64,000 nucleotides of DNA from an uncultured Fibrobacterota bacterium (GTDB lineage: Bacteria > Fibrobacterota > Chitinivibrionia > Chitinivibrionales > FEN-1185): contig CAVSQB010000005.1 of NCBI GenBank assembly GCA_963729895.1, positions 32,001 through 96,000 of the forward strand. Reading direction: 5' to 3'. The notes under the pieces were generated by a model that worked only from the letters and a program-made list of their open reading frames with translations, did not search any database and was not told where the DNA came from. The position numbers and the translations under genes are program-made. Shown piece after piece: positions 30,508 through 39,655 of the stretch; the first letter of the stretch is position 1, and every line of letters begins with the position of its first letter.

Positions 30508-31593
30508 TTATGGTTTAAGCGTCGCACTGTCCGGCATCCACACATGATACTCTTTTCTTCTCACGTTCCACGGGTGCATCCAGTGAAAATAGTAGAACGA
30601 CCGCGGCCGCACCAGCGGAGCGCTGTCGGAAACAATTGCCTGTCTCACGGGCGTGCCGTCGGGCCACGCGCCCATGAAACGCTGGGAAGCGCTTTCGGGG
30701 CCGAGGGCCATGGCTTGCGCCGCAGGGTTGCCGGTGAAGGCATAGTCCGACAGCGCATCAACATATTTGAAAATACCGTAATAGTCAAGCGCATCGGCGG
30801 ACGTTTGCCCGTGGTCGAAGGTGGTCGGCGTGGAATGATCTGCAACAAGCCGGCAGCGGCTTGACGCATTTGAGTCGCTCAGGAGGATCACGAACTTTTT
30901 CCCTGAGGCCGGAATGCCTATGGTTTGGAAGATGTCCTTTGCCATCCGGTGGTCGTTGCAGTCGTCGTCCTGGAACACCTCGGCAATGAGCTTGACATTG
31001 GGTGGAAAGCGTTCAAGCTGTTTCTGTGTTATTCCAAAGACGTAGTGCGGCGCCATGAGATACATGAAAGCGCCGCCGGCGCCCCATTTCAGCCGGACAA
31101 GCGCCCGGTACATGTGCGAAGGAATACAGCTCGCGCCGAACGAATGCCCGATCATGCCGATGCGCGTGGTGTCGACGTACGGCGCCCACGAGCGGGCGGC
31201 GTGCCGCACGCCGCGGAACATGCGGCGATACGTGGGGCCCTGGTACGGGAACGATATCATGCGGTAGGTAAGAAACACGACGCAGTAGCCCCTGCTCGCC
31301 AGGTGGCGCAGAGTTCGTTCATAGGTAACCGGGTCATTGCCGCCTTTGCCCATGCCCGGGAAGAAGTAGACAAGGGGGAGCGGCTGCCGCACGTTTGCCG
31401 GGCGGAACAGGTAGTATTTGTCGTGAACCAGAAATCTGCCGCTAACACTGTCCACCGTTACCGGCAAGGCGCCGTCGGCCCCGTAGCCGGATGAAATGGG
31501 AGGAATGGCATCGGGGCACCGCCCCTCGATTTCAATCATCAGGGAAAAAACAAGTGCGAGTATGAGCGAATAGTTGGTCTTCATCACGTTCAT
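30508..31593 (-). CDS. secreted alpha/beta hydrolase (chlorophyllase/cutinase-like)
   Basis: HLASRGY, IGHSFGA nucleophile elbow, ADH. Confidence 0.8.
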   Translation of the reverse strand: MNVMKTNYSLILALVFSLMIEIEGRCPDAIPPISSGYGADGALPVTVDSVSGRFLVHDKYYLFRPANVRQPLPLVYFFPGMGKGGNDPVTYERTLRHLASRGYCVVFLTYRMISFPYQGPTYRRMFRGVRHAARSWAPYVDTTRIGMIGHSFGASCIPSHMYRALVRLKWGAGGAFMYLMAPHYVFGITQKQLERFPPNVKLIAEVFQDDDCNDHRMAKDIFQTIGIPASGKKFVILLSDSNASSRCRLVADHSTPTTFDHGQTSADALDYYGIFKYVDALSDYAFTGNPAAQAMALGPESASQRFMGAWPDGTPVRQAIVSDSAPLVRPRSFYYFHWMHPWNVRRKEYHVWMPDSATLKP

Positions 31594-31853
31594 GTTCTAC
31601 ATTCGCGCGGCAACAGATCACGAACACATCTCTGGTGACCAGAGGGAATCACCACCATATTTTGACATTTCCGCCCGGTATTTTCCAGGGCCAAATGATC
31701 GTTCTGCGGAATTTTCGGTTTGGTGGCGGAAAAGGCCGTTGCCGCTAAGGGCTTGGTTCTCAACAAAGTGCTCCATTTTGAGGTGCTGAAGGCCGTAATC
31801 CTGTCAGAAGAAGACGGAAGAGCACAGGTGGCAGGGTTGAAAGGAGGCGTTCG

Positions 31854-32594
31854 ATGAAGACGCAAGCGAGTCTCAATGAAATGCGTGGATTCACCGTTAA
31901 TGCCACGGACGGGCAAATTGGAAAAGTGAAGGACTTCTATTTTGACGACCGGACATGGAAGCTGCGATATGTGGTCGTTGCACTCGGGAACGCGGCTCCG
32001 GGTCGGAACGTTCTCATTCTACCGCAATCGCTTGAGAAGACCGGAGAATGGACCAACTCGCTTTCGCTGAATATTACGCGGGAGCAAGTGGAGAAAAGTC
32101 CGGACACCGATACCGATATGCCTGTCTCGAGGCAGCATGAGATTGCGGTGAGGCACCATTACGGAGCCGACGTATATTTTTCCTGGGGCGAGGGGTTGAT
32201 GGGCAGTCACAATATTGATTTATCGGAATATGCCGCCCCCGAGATGACCCGGAACAAGGATGGAAAGGAATTCGACCCGCATCTCAATTCGTTTCGGGGG
32301 GTCATCGGGTTCCAGGTAAGGGCTGCAGACGGCAGGACCGGTCGAGTGCAGGATCTTATCGCCGACACCGACACCTGGGTTGTCCAGTACGTGGTGGTGG
32401 GGGCCGGAAACATTTTCGGGACTAAAAAGGTGCTCATAGCGCCCGAATGGGTTTGTGAAATCAATGTGGACGAAACCGCTTTTATGTTGAATGTGCCGAA
32501 AATGAGGGTTCACGATTCTCCACGATACGATCCGATGGAATTGGATAAGTGGTCGATCGGCGAACCTGATCTTTCAAAGGCAAACAGGCCGTAA
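31854..32594 (+). CDS. tandem PRC-barrel domain protein
   Basis: Two A.DG..G.V.D...D...W...Y.VV repeats; AGGAGG RBS. Confidence 0.88.
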   Translation: MKTQASLNEMRGFTVNATDGQIGKVKDFYFDDRTWKLRYVVVALGNAAPGRNVLILPQSLEKTGEWTNSLSLNITREQVEKSPDTDTDMPVSRQHEIAVRHHYGADVYFSWGEGLMGSHNIDLSEYAAPEMTRNKDGKEFDPHLNSFRGVIGFQVRAADGRTGRVQDLIADTDTWVVQYVVVGAGNIFGTKKVLIAPEWVCEINVDETAFMLNVPKMRVHDSPRYDPMELDKWSIGEPDLSKANRP

Positions 32595-32861
32595 AAGCGG
32601 GCCGTGGGAATCCCAGAGCCAACGCTAACCCAGGAGATTGCTCCGGGGTTAGCGAGGTGCGATAAGTATTTTTTCTTTCCATAGTGCGCCCGGGTGAAGG
32701 AAATTTGCTATCCGCGCCGCATAACCGTTATTTTCTCACATGACGATCCTCGCTTCAAAACCCGCGCAGCCGTCCGGAATCTCTTGATAGTCTTCGGGAC
32801 CGCGGGGTATCCGCATGCACTGTTACTTGACAAATAAAATTGTTTGCCGGGAGGAGAAGGT

Positions 32862-34892
32862 ATGGACGCCAACAATTGTCCGAAAACAAACGGTCTGGCA
32901 GCCGGGCGGATTGCACTCCTCGTCATATGCCTTCTTGGCGCTGCGCCGGGTCTTTTGCAAGCGCCCGCAGGAAATCAACACAAGTTCCTGATGGGCAATG
33001 GCGCCCGCGCGTTCGGATCCTGCAAAGCTGCCGAATCCAGGGATTTCTTCAAGGCGGACGTGACAAGGCAAAAAGCAAAGATCGAGAAGGACCTTGGCGA
33101 TGCGGACAGCCTTCTTGCACAGAACAAAATCCGCGACGCGAGGAGCGTGGTTGAGCTTGCCGAATACGAATACAAGCAGGCAAAGAACAATCTTTCCCCG
33201 GAAGAATCGAGTACGATCCGGGGCAAAATCGACAAGACAAGGAATGTCATGGCCTCCAAAGAGGACTTTCTTGTCAAACGAAGCTCGGAAATTCTGCACT
33301 CCCGGGGAGTCGATTCCGCCCTGCAGTATACGCAAAATGACCTGCGCGCCTATGGAGTTTCGGAAGCCAAGATTGGGGCAGCCGAAAAGAAGATTCTCGA
33401 AGAAGCTCCTGCAATCAAACAGGCGCAGGAGCATGAGGCGATTGCCCGGACGCTTAAGGCGCTGGAAAGCGGGCAGTCGCCCGACCCGTCCACCGATCCC
33501 TACATTGTCAGGACTGCACAACGCATTCTCCAGGCCCGCGCCGACAGCGTAAAGAGCGTCCGGGACGCCAAGGCCAGAAAGGAAATGGAGGAGAATGAAC
33601 GCGCCGAGCGCGCGCGCATGGCAAAGGAACAAAAGGAAAAGAAGAAGGAAGATGAGAATCTGGCAAAGGTGAAGGCGGAAGAGGAAAAGAAACGCCAGGC
33701 CGACGAAGATCGGCAAAAACAACTGCTTGCGCAGCAGGAAAAGGCGCATAGAGACAGCGTTGACGCGCAAAAGAAGCTGCAGGAACAGCAGGCGAAGCTC
33801 GAGGAAGATCGTCGCAAGCAGCGGGCGTCGCAAGAAGAGAAGGCACGAAAGGACAGCCTGGAAGCGGTCAAGAAGCAGCAGGAACAGCAGGTAAAGCTCG
33901 ATGAAGATCGGCGCAGGCAGCAGGCGTTGCAGGAAGAAAAGGTGCGAAAGGACAGCCTGGAAGCGGCCCAGAAGCTGCAGCAGCAGGCAAAGACGGAGGA
34001 AGATCGCAAAGAGGCTCAGCATGCACGGGAACGCCAGGCCGGCGTCGAAGCGGACCGCCGGCGGCAAGGCGATCTGCAGCAGGAGAAGCTTCGCAGGGAC
34101 AGCCTGGAAACGGCAAAGAAACAGCAGGAGCGGCAGGCAAGACTTGAGGAAGATCGGCTCAAACAACGAGCGGCCCAGCAGAAAAAGGCCCGTAAAGACA
34201 GCCTGGAAATTGCCAGGAAACAACAGGAGCAACAGGCAAAGATCGAGGAAGATCAGCGAAAACGGCAGGCGGCCCAACAGGAAGAGGCCCGAAAGGACAG
34301 TCTGGAAGCGGCCAAGAAACAGCAATTGGAGGCCAAAACGGACCAGGATCGCAGACGTCAACAGGAGACCCGGAATCTGGCAACGCCCGCCGTTCCGCCG
34401 GAAAAACCGCAGGAGAAAGCGCCGGAGGCTTCGAAATCGGCCCAGGAATACCTTACCGGACTCCGGGACAATCAGAAGAAGGCCCAAGACCTCGTAATGG
34501 CGCTGTACGACATGATGGACCGGAAGCAGACAATCGAAGCTATTGACAAATTCAAACAAGAAAGAAAATTCATAGCCCAATTCGTCGACATCCAGGTTTT
34601 CAACACCTTGGAGCAGGCGATCCTGCAAGTTGCGGTTGAGACGCAGCCGAAGCCGGGTTCGCGGGCTGCATCGGCGGAGGATACCGCGCAGAATCCGAAC
34701 AAAGCACAGTCAAAAGAGCAGGAGGCAATCGATCGTATCAACGGGTTTATCCAGGACAACAAGGTCGAGGCAGCCTATGCAGAATTCAGGCGCGTCGAAA
34801 AGTCTCTCAAGCATTACATGCCGGCCAACGATTTCAAGCAGATGAAGTCGATGGTTGAGAATGCGTACAAGGTGCGCAAGAAAGGCGGATAA
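32862..34892 (+). CDS. secreted or membrane-anchored coiled-coil protein, TolA-like composition, with ~33-aa repeats
   Basis: Hydrophobic N-terminus; E/K/Q/R-rich; six R/K-DS-L/V anchored repeats. Confidence 0.75.
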   Translation: MDANNCPKTNGLAAGRIALLVICLLGAAPGLLQAPAGNQHKFLMGNGARAFGSCKAAESRDFFKADVTRQKAKIEKDLGDADSLLAQNKIRDARSVVELAEYEYKQAKNNLSPEESSTIRGKIDKTRNVMASKEDFLVKRSSEILHSRGVDSALQYTQNDLRAYGVSEAKIGAAEKKILEEAPAIKQAQEHEAIARTLKALESGQSPDPSTDPYIVRTAQRILQARADSVKSVRDAKARKEMEENERAERARMAKEQKEKKKEDENLAKVKAEEEKKRQADEDRQKQLLAQQEKAHRDSVDAQKKLQEQQAKLEEDRRKQRASQEEKARKDSLEAVKKQQEQQVKLDEDRRRQQALQEEKVRKDSLEAAQKLQQQAKTEEDRKEAQHARERQAGVEADRRRQGDLQQEKLRRDSLETAKKQQERQARLEEDRLKQRAAQQKKARKDSLEIARKQQEQQAKIEEDQRKRQAAQQEEARKDSLEAAKKQQLEAKTDQDRRRQQETRNLATPAVPPEKPQEKAPEASKSAQEYLTGLRDNQKKAQDLVMALYDMMDRKQTIEAIDKFKQERKFIAQFVDIQVFNTLEQAILQVAVETQPKPGSRAASAEDTAQNPNKAQSKEQEAIDRINGFIQDNKVEAAYAEFRRVEKSLKHYMPANDFKQMKSMVENAYKVRKKGG

Positions 34893-34943
34893 GTGCCGCC
34901 GGGCCGTGCTGGAATGGTGCACCGGGAAATCGGAAAGGACCTC

Positions 34944-36455
34944 ATGCGGATACGGCTGCTCCTGTTCATTGCGGCTGCATCGCAGGTTTGTTATGCCGGC
35001 TTGTTGCCTTTTTCGCTTGATTCATGCGTGAGGGCATGCATGGCCGCGTGGCAGGTGCCCGGCGCCGCTGTCGCTATTGTAAAGGATGATTCGCTTGTCG
35101 CGTGCAAAGGGTACGGCGTCTGCAGGGTGGGAGAGAAGAAGCCGGTGGACGGCAAAACGGTTTTTGCCATCGGGTCGGCCACCACTGCTTTTACCGCAAC
35201 CACCGTCGGATTACTTGTCAAAGATGGAATGCTTTCGTGGGACGACACGGTTTCGACACGGCTTCCCTCTTTTCGGCTGTTCGATGAGTGCAGCACCCGG
35301 GGCATAACCATACGCGACCTCCTGTGCCATCGGTGCGGGTTTGCCGCTCGAAGCGGGGACCTGCTGTGGTACGGGTCGCAGTACACCGACGATACCATTA
35401 TTTCGCGGCTCCGGTTTCTCAAGCCGGACTTCGGCCTTCGAAGCCGCTTCGGTTACTCAAACCTCATGTACCTGGTTGCGGGCAAGGTTGCCGCCGTAGC
35501 CTCCGGGACCTCATGGAATGCACTTGTCAGGAAGCGACTGCTGGAGCCCCTTGAAATGTCCCGCACGAAAACCTCGGTTCGCGAGCTGTCCGGGCTCCAG
35601 AACGTGGCTGAGCCGCACACCATTGCGTACGGGAAAGTGACCTCCATCACCTACCGCATGCTCGACAACATCGGCGCAGCCGGAGCCATAAACGCATCTG
35701 CCGAAGACCTCGCAAAATGGCTGCGGCTTCAACTGAACTACGGGACCTACAACGGCGCCCGCATCGTGGATTCGGCGGTTATCCGTGAAACAAGAACGCC
35801 GCACATGCTCATGCAGCCGGACCCCGGCTCAAGCAATCTGTTCCCGGCCACCAATTTCAATGCCAGCGGGCTTGGCTGGATGCTGTCGGACTATTATGGG
35901 CGTCTGCTGGTGTACGTGGGCGGGCGGGTTGACGGAATGCAGTGCTTTATGGGGTTTGCGCCCGACGAGCGGCTGGGGATCGTCGTTCTCACCAATCTTG
36001 ACAATCACAAATGCGACCAGGCGGTATTCTATGAAATTATCGACGGGTACCTGGGAATACCGTCGCGCGACTGGAGCGGGCTCTTCACGCTGCAGCGGAG
36101 CGCGGAACAGCGGAAGGTCAACCCGGGCCCGTCGCGAACAATGCAGGAAATTTCGAAACCCGAGCGGTATGTGGGAACCTACCGCAACGACCTGTACGGA
36201 ACGGCCACCGTGTTCCGTTCAGGCAGGGATTGCGTGTTGCACCTGACCGCGCACCCGGGGCTCGAGGGAATTCTCCTTTCTGTCAAAGGTGATACCACGG
36301 CGTGCGCCTGGCGCGACAGGTATTTCGGGTCGAGCTTTCCGGTTTTTGTCTTCGACAGCATGGGAATGGCGCGTGCGTTCTCCCTTCGCGTGCGTGAAGA
36401 CTGGGTTGATCCGCTGGAATACCGTTTTGAGCGGACTGCCGGAACGGGAAGGTAG
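34944..36455 (+). CDS. serine hydrolase, beta-lactamase class C-like with DUF3471-like tail; catalytic motif degenerate
   Basis: VPGAAVAIV, TVFAIGSATTAF, ITIRDLLCH, YSN and GIVVLTN. Confidence 0.85.
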   Translation: MRIRLLLFIAAASQVCYAGLLPFSLDSCVRACMAAWQVPGAAVAIVKDDSLVACKGYGVCRVGEKKPVDGKTVFAIGSATTAFTATTVGLLVKDGMLSWDDTVSTRLPSFRLFDECSTRGITIRDLLCHRCGFAARSGDLLWYGSQYTDDTIISRLRFLKPDFGLRSRFGYSNLMYLVAGKVAAVASGTSWNALVRKRLLEPLEMSRTKTSVRELSGLQNVAEPHTIAYGKVTSITYRMLDNIGAAGAINASAEDLAKWLRLQLNYGTYNGARIVDSAVIRETRTPHMLMQPDPGSSNLFPATNFNASGLGWMLSDYYGRLLVYVGGRVDGMQCFMGFAPDERLGIVVLTNLDNHKCDQAVFYEIIDGYLGIPSRDWSGLFTLQRSAEQRKVNPGPSRTMQEISKPERYVGTYRNDLYGTATVFRSGRDCVLHLTAHPGLEGILLSVKGDTTACAWRDRYFGSSFPVFVFDSMGMARAFSLRVREDWVDPLEYRFERTAGTGR

Positions 36456-36469
36456 AAGGTCTCGAAAAG

Positions 36470-36500
36470 AAATGCCGCCTTCCATGGAAAGGCGGCATTG
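36470..36500. terminator. bidirectional terminator
   Basis: AATGCCGCCTT...AAGGCGGCATT. Confidence 0.75.
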
Positions 36501-36536
36501 ATTTCTTGTCGAAACAACCGGAAAGCCGGTTGCGGG

Positions 36537-37052
36537 TCAGAACGGCAGACCGCCGGACGCGGCTTGCTCGGCACCAGGAGCTTTCTCCGCAGCAGCCGGC
36601 AGGCCGTGAGCATTGTGCAACGATGCCCAGAGCGCTTTCCTGCCTTTCTGGGCATGATCTTCCGATTTGTATCTGAACCACACTTCCCGGCTCTTTTCGT
36701 CCACCGTTTCCAGCGTTACGACAAAGCCGTGTGTGTACGCGCCCAGCGGCTTCTTGAATTGCAAGACGCTGCTGAAAGAAACAACGCGCGAGGGATCCAG
36801 ATATTCAAACCCGTGTTTGAATGCATTCGGCCTGATCGCATCAAGCATTCCGCCCAATGCACCGCGGGACTTTCTAGCGGTTTCTTCATCCTTGTAATGC
36901 GAAAAAACCGCGCCCAACCCAGTGATGATCTTGAACGAATGCGTGCTTCCATTCTGACGCCGGTTTTCAGGAATTTCGGCAACCGAACCGGCATAGATGA
37001 TTCTGGAAACCTGATATGCATTCACACCGTTGGTAAAAATCGCGGAACTCAT
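36537..37052 (-). CDS. hypothetical protein with internal two-fold repeat
   Basis: AGGAG RBS; two halves ending F..YK.E..A.K.R.AL. Confidence 0.75.
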   Translation of the reverse strand: MSSAIFTNGVNAYQVSRIIYAGSVAEIPENRRQNGSTHSFKIITGLGAVFSHYKDEETARKSRGALGGMLDAIRPNAFKHGFEYLDPSRVVSFSSVLQFKKPLGAYTHGFVVTLETVDEKSREVWFRYKSEDHAQKGRKALWASLHNAHGLPAAAEKAPGAEQAASGGLPF

Positions 37053-37538
37053 AACACTACTCCTTTGACTGTTTAATTGTTGAAGAAGAACAGTTTATCA
37101 GGTATGAACGAACTCAAGCTTTGGTCCCGGGTTGTCCGTTCGGAAAATAGTATCTCAACTGGCATGCCAGAAATCCCAGAAGATAATAGCTTCCTGTGAA
37201 TCAACACGTTGCGTTTGTCCCATGGACGGAATGTGAAAGAGACGTGGTTGCAGTTTTACGACCATCAAAGTAGCAATACGCAATAAGGCAACCATGTGTA
37301 TGCCTGATAAGGTATGGCCGCGGCCGTTAACTCGGGAAGACATCTTGTACCTGTGAACCGACAAGATGGAAATGCCGGACGGTGAGAGGAGAATCCGCGG
37401 GAACGTCGAATAGGGGGAACGGCGGTGACTATGCCTTGAAAAAATGGCTCATGGGGCAAAGGCCGGCATTAATTTAGTACCCTTCGGCCAATCCGTTATT
37501 CGATTGCAACAATCTCCAAAATTGTGAGGAACGCCGCC

Positions 37539-38855
37539 ATGAAGAACTACATTCTCGACACAACAGTCCTCCTGTACGACGCGCATGCGTTGTTCAATTT
37601 CGAAGAGAACAACGTGATCATTCCCATGACCGTCATCGAAGATATCGATCATTTCAAAAAAGACCTGAACGAAACCGGGAGGAACGCGCGCCAGACATCC
37701 CGTTACCTGGACGGGCTTCGCACGCAGGGGGCGCTCACCAAGGGAGTCAAGCTGAACAACGGCGGCACGTTGTTTGTCTCGCTGAGCGATGCCGAAGCGG
37801 TGAGGCGGATACCTCGTGAATTCCAGGAAAAACCGCGCGACAACTTCATTCTCGCCATAACCCTTGCTGTCAAGGAAAAAGCCGGCGCGATACCGACGGT
37901 GTTTGTGAGCAAGGACATCAATCTGCGGATCAAGGCCGATGCCCTCGGCGTGGTCGTGGAGGACTATGAATCGGACAAGGTCGATATTGAAGAACTTTAT
38001 TCCGGCCAGGCCCGGCTGAGTGCCGATGCGGCGGCGGTGGACTCGTTTCGCGAAAAAGGCGTCTGGGAAACCGGCGAACCGCTGTTACCGAACCAGTATG
38101 TAACCCTTGCCGACGCGGCCGATCCCTCTCATTTTGCGATGGGGCGCTTCGACGCAAAAGAGAAGAAGATCGTCCGCCTCATTTCCGAAGGCAGGGAAGG
38201 AATGTTCCGCATCAAACCGCGGAACGCGGAGCAGCTGTTCACCATGGATGCACTGCTCAACGACGGCATTCAGCTCGTGACGCTTGTGGGCAAGGCGGGC
38301 ACGGGCAAGACGCTCCTGGCGGTTGCGGCAAGCCTCAACAAGACCATAGACGAGAACCTTTTTTCGCGCATCCTCGTATCGCGCCCCACGCTTCCCATGG
38401 GCAAGGATATCGGGTTCCTGCCGGGCACGGTGGAGGAAAAACTTACGCCGTGGATGTATCCCATCATCGACAATGTGGATCTGCTGCTGCGAAGCGAGGC
38501 AAAGGCGCGCAGGCACATCCGGGGATTCAAGGAGCTTATGGACACCGGCATCCTCATCATCGAACCGCTTACCTACATCCGCGGCCGGTCGATTCACAAT
38601 CAGTACCTCATTGTGGACGAGGCGCAGAACCTCACCCCGCACGAGATCAAGACCATCATCACGCGCGTGGGCGACGGAACCAAGATCGTGCTTACCGGAG
38701 ACCCGTACCAAATTGACAATCCGTACATCGATTCGTCGAGCAACGGCCTTACGTATGTGGTGGAGAAATTCAAGAACCAGGAAATCGCGGCGCATGTCAC
38801 GTTGACAAAGGGTGAGAGGTCCGTTCTGTCGGAGCTGGCTGCGAATATATTGTGA
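37539..38855 (+). CDS. PIN-PhoH family protein (PhoH2/YlaK-like)
   Basis: YILDTTVLL PIN motif; GKAGTGKT, IGFLPG, YIRGRS, DEAQN and GDPYQID. Confidence 0.93.
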   Translation: MKNYILDTTVLLYDAHALFNFEENNVIIPMTVIEDIDHFKKDLNETGRNARQTSRYLDGLRTQGALTKGVKLNNGGTLFVSLSDAEAVRRIPREFQEKPRDNFILAITLAVKEKAGAIPTVFVSKDINLRIKADALGVVVEDYESDKVDIEELYSGQARLSADAAAVDSFREKGVWETGEPLLPNQYVTLADAADPSHFAMGRFDAKEKKIVRLISEGREGMFRIKPRNAEQLFTMDALLNDGIQLVTLVGKAGTGKTLLAVAASLNKTIDENLFSRILVSRPTLPMGKDIGFLPGTVEEKLTPWMYPIIDNVDLLLRSEAKARRHIRGFKELMDTGILIIEPLTYIRGRSIHNQYLIVDEAQNLTPHEIKTIITRVGDGTKIVLTGDPYQIDNPYIDSSSNGLTYVVEKFKNQEIAAHVTLTKGERSVLSELAANIL

Positions 38856-38927
38856 AGAATTGCCGTCGAGACGAAGAAACTGCGCACAGAGCTCAAGCGG
38901 CGCGAAGGGCGGACGTCATTGCGAGCG

Positions 38928-38942
38928 CAGCGCGGCAATCTC
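38928..38942. repeat. REP-like palindrome fragment (GTCATTGCGAGCGCAGCGCGGCAATCTC family)
   Basis: Typical GC-rich REP motif between convergent genes; the motif spans about 38915-38942. Confidence 0.4.
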
Positions 38943-38992
38943 CGGAAAATTGATCGGTGAGACGAACGAGAGGCCAATCTTTCGCGGATCGT

Positions 38993-39475
38993 TTATTCGC
39001 CCGACCGCAGCACCCTTTCGCAGATTCTCTTGACAGTCGCGTCAAGCCTTTTCTTGCCGCACCACAGTCCCCAGAACAGCGATTCGCCTTCCAGCACCGT
39101 TGCCCCCAACTGCTCAAACATGTCCCGGATATTTTTCTGTGCGCGGTTGCACCCGGACAAGGGTGAGGGAAGCCCGGAGGTAAGGAAGAAAAGTGCCTTT
39201 TTGCCCTTGAGACTCGGCAGCTGTTTGAGCGCGGACGCTATCACGGGCGACGCGTTGAACGCCCATATCGGTCCGCCGAACAGGAGAATATCGAACGGGG
39301 CAACATCGGGAAAATGCTTGAATTCCACGCGACGGGCGCCCATGGTTACTTTTCCGGCAGGACGAAGGAGCTCGACAGCGACGTCTTCTCCCTTTTCGCG
39401 AAACGCGTGGGTTACGGCAAGACCGAGACGCGCGGTGTTACCGGTATGCGAATGGACGAACACGCCGATCTTCAT
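38993..39475 (-). CDS. flavodoxin-like protein
   Basis: VHSHTGNT, D...FGGPIW, LKGKK...F.TSG. Confidence 0.85.
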   Translation of the reverse strand: MKIGVFVHSHTGNTARLGLAVTHAFREKGEDVAVELLRPAGKVTMGARRVEFKHFPDVAPFDILLFGGPIWAFNASPVIASALKQLPSLKGKKALFFLTSGLPSPLSGCNRAQKNIRDMFEQLGATVLEGESLFWGLWCGKKRLDATVKRICERVLRSGE

Positions 39476-39488
39476 TACCGTCTCTTTG

Positions 39489-39650
39489 GGGGACCTCTCA
39501 ATATTCCTTTTCCGTTGCGGCTGGCTGCGAGCGGCATCAACTTTGTTGCTCCTCCTCGCCGTAGCGCCCATGGCCACGCCTCGTCGGAGCGCCTCGTCGC
39601 TGCTCTCTCTCGCTCAGCCTCACTTGAAAAATGAATAATTAGAGGTCCCC
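39489..39650. mobile_element. 162-bp MITE
   Basis: TIRs GGGGACCTCTCAATATTC and GGGGACCTCTAATTATTC; TTTG duplicated at 39485-39488 and 39651-39654; no ORF. Confidence 0.75.
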
Positions 39651-39655
39651 TTTGC

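Noticed and set aside
31770..31850. Possible glnA-type riboswitch (GACGGAAG) upstream of the PRC-barrel gene
   Set aside because: Flanking stems and the CGTT/AACG closing helix are not convincing.
32823..34628. 601-aa Leu/Phe-rich ORF on - strand
   Set aside because: Antisense of a K/E/Q-rich repeat gene.
37170..37500. Long intergenic region as tRNA, SRP, tmRNA or 6S RNA
   Set aside because: No diagnostic motifs recognised.
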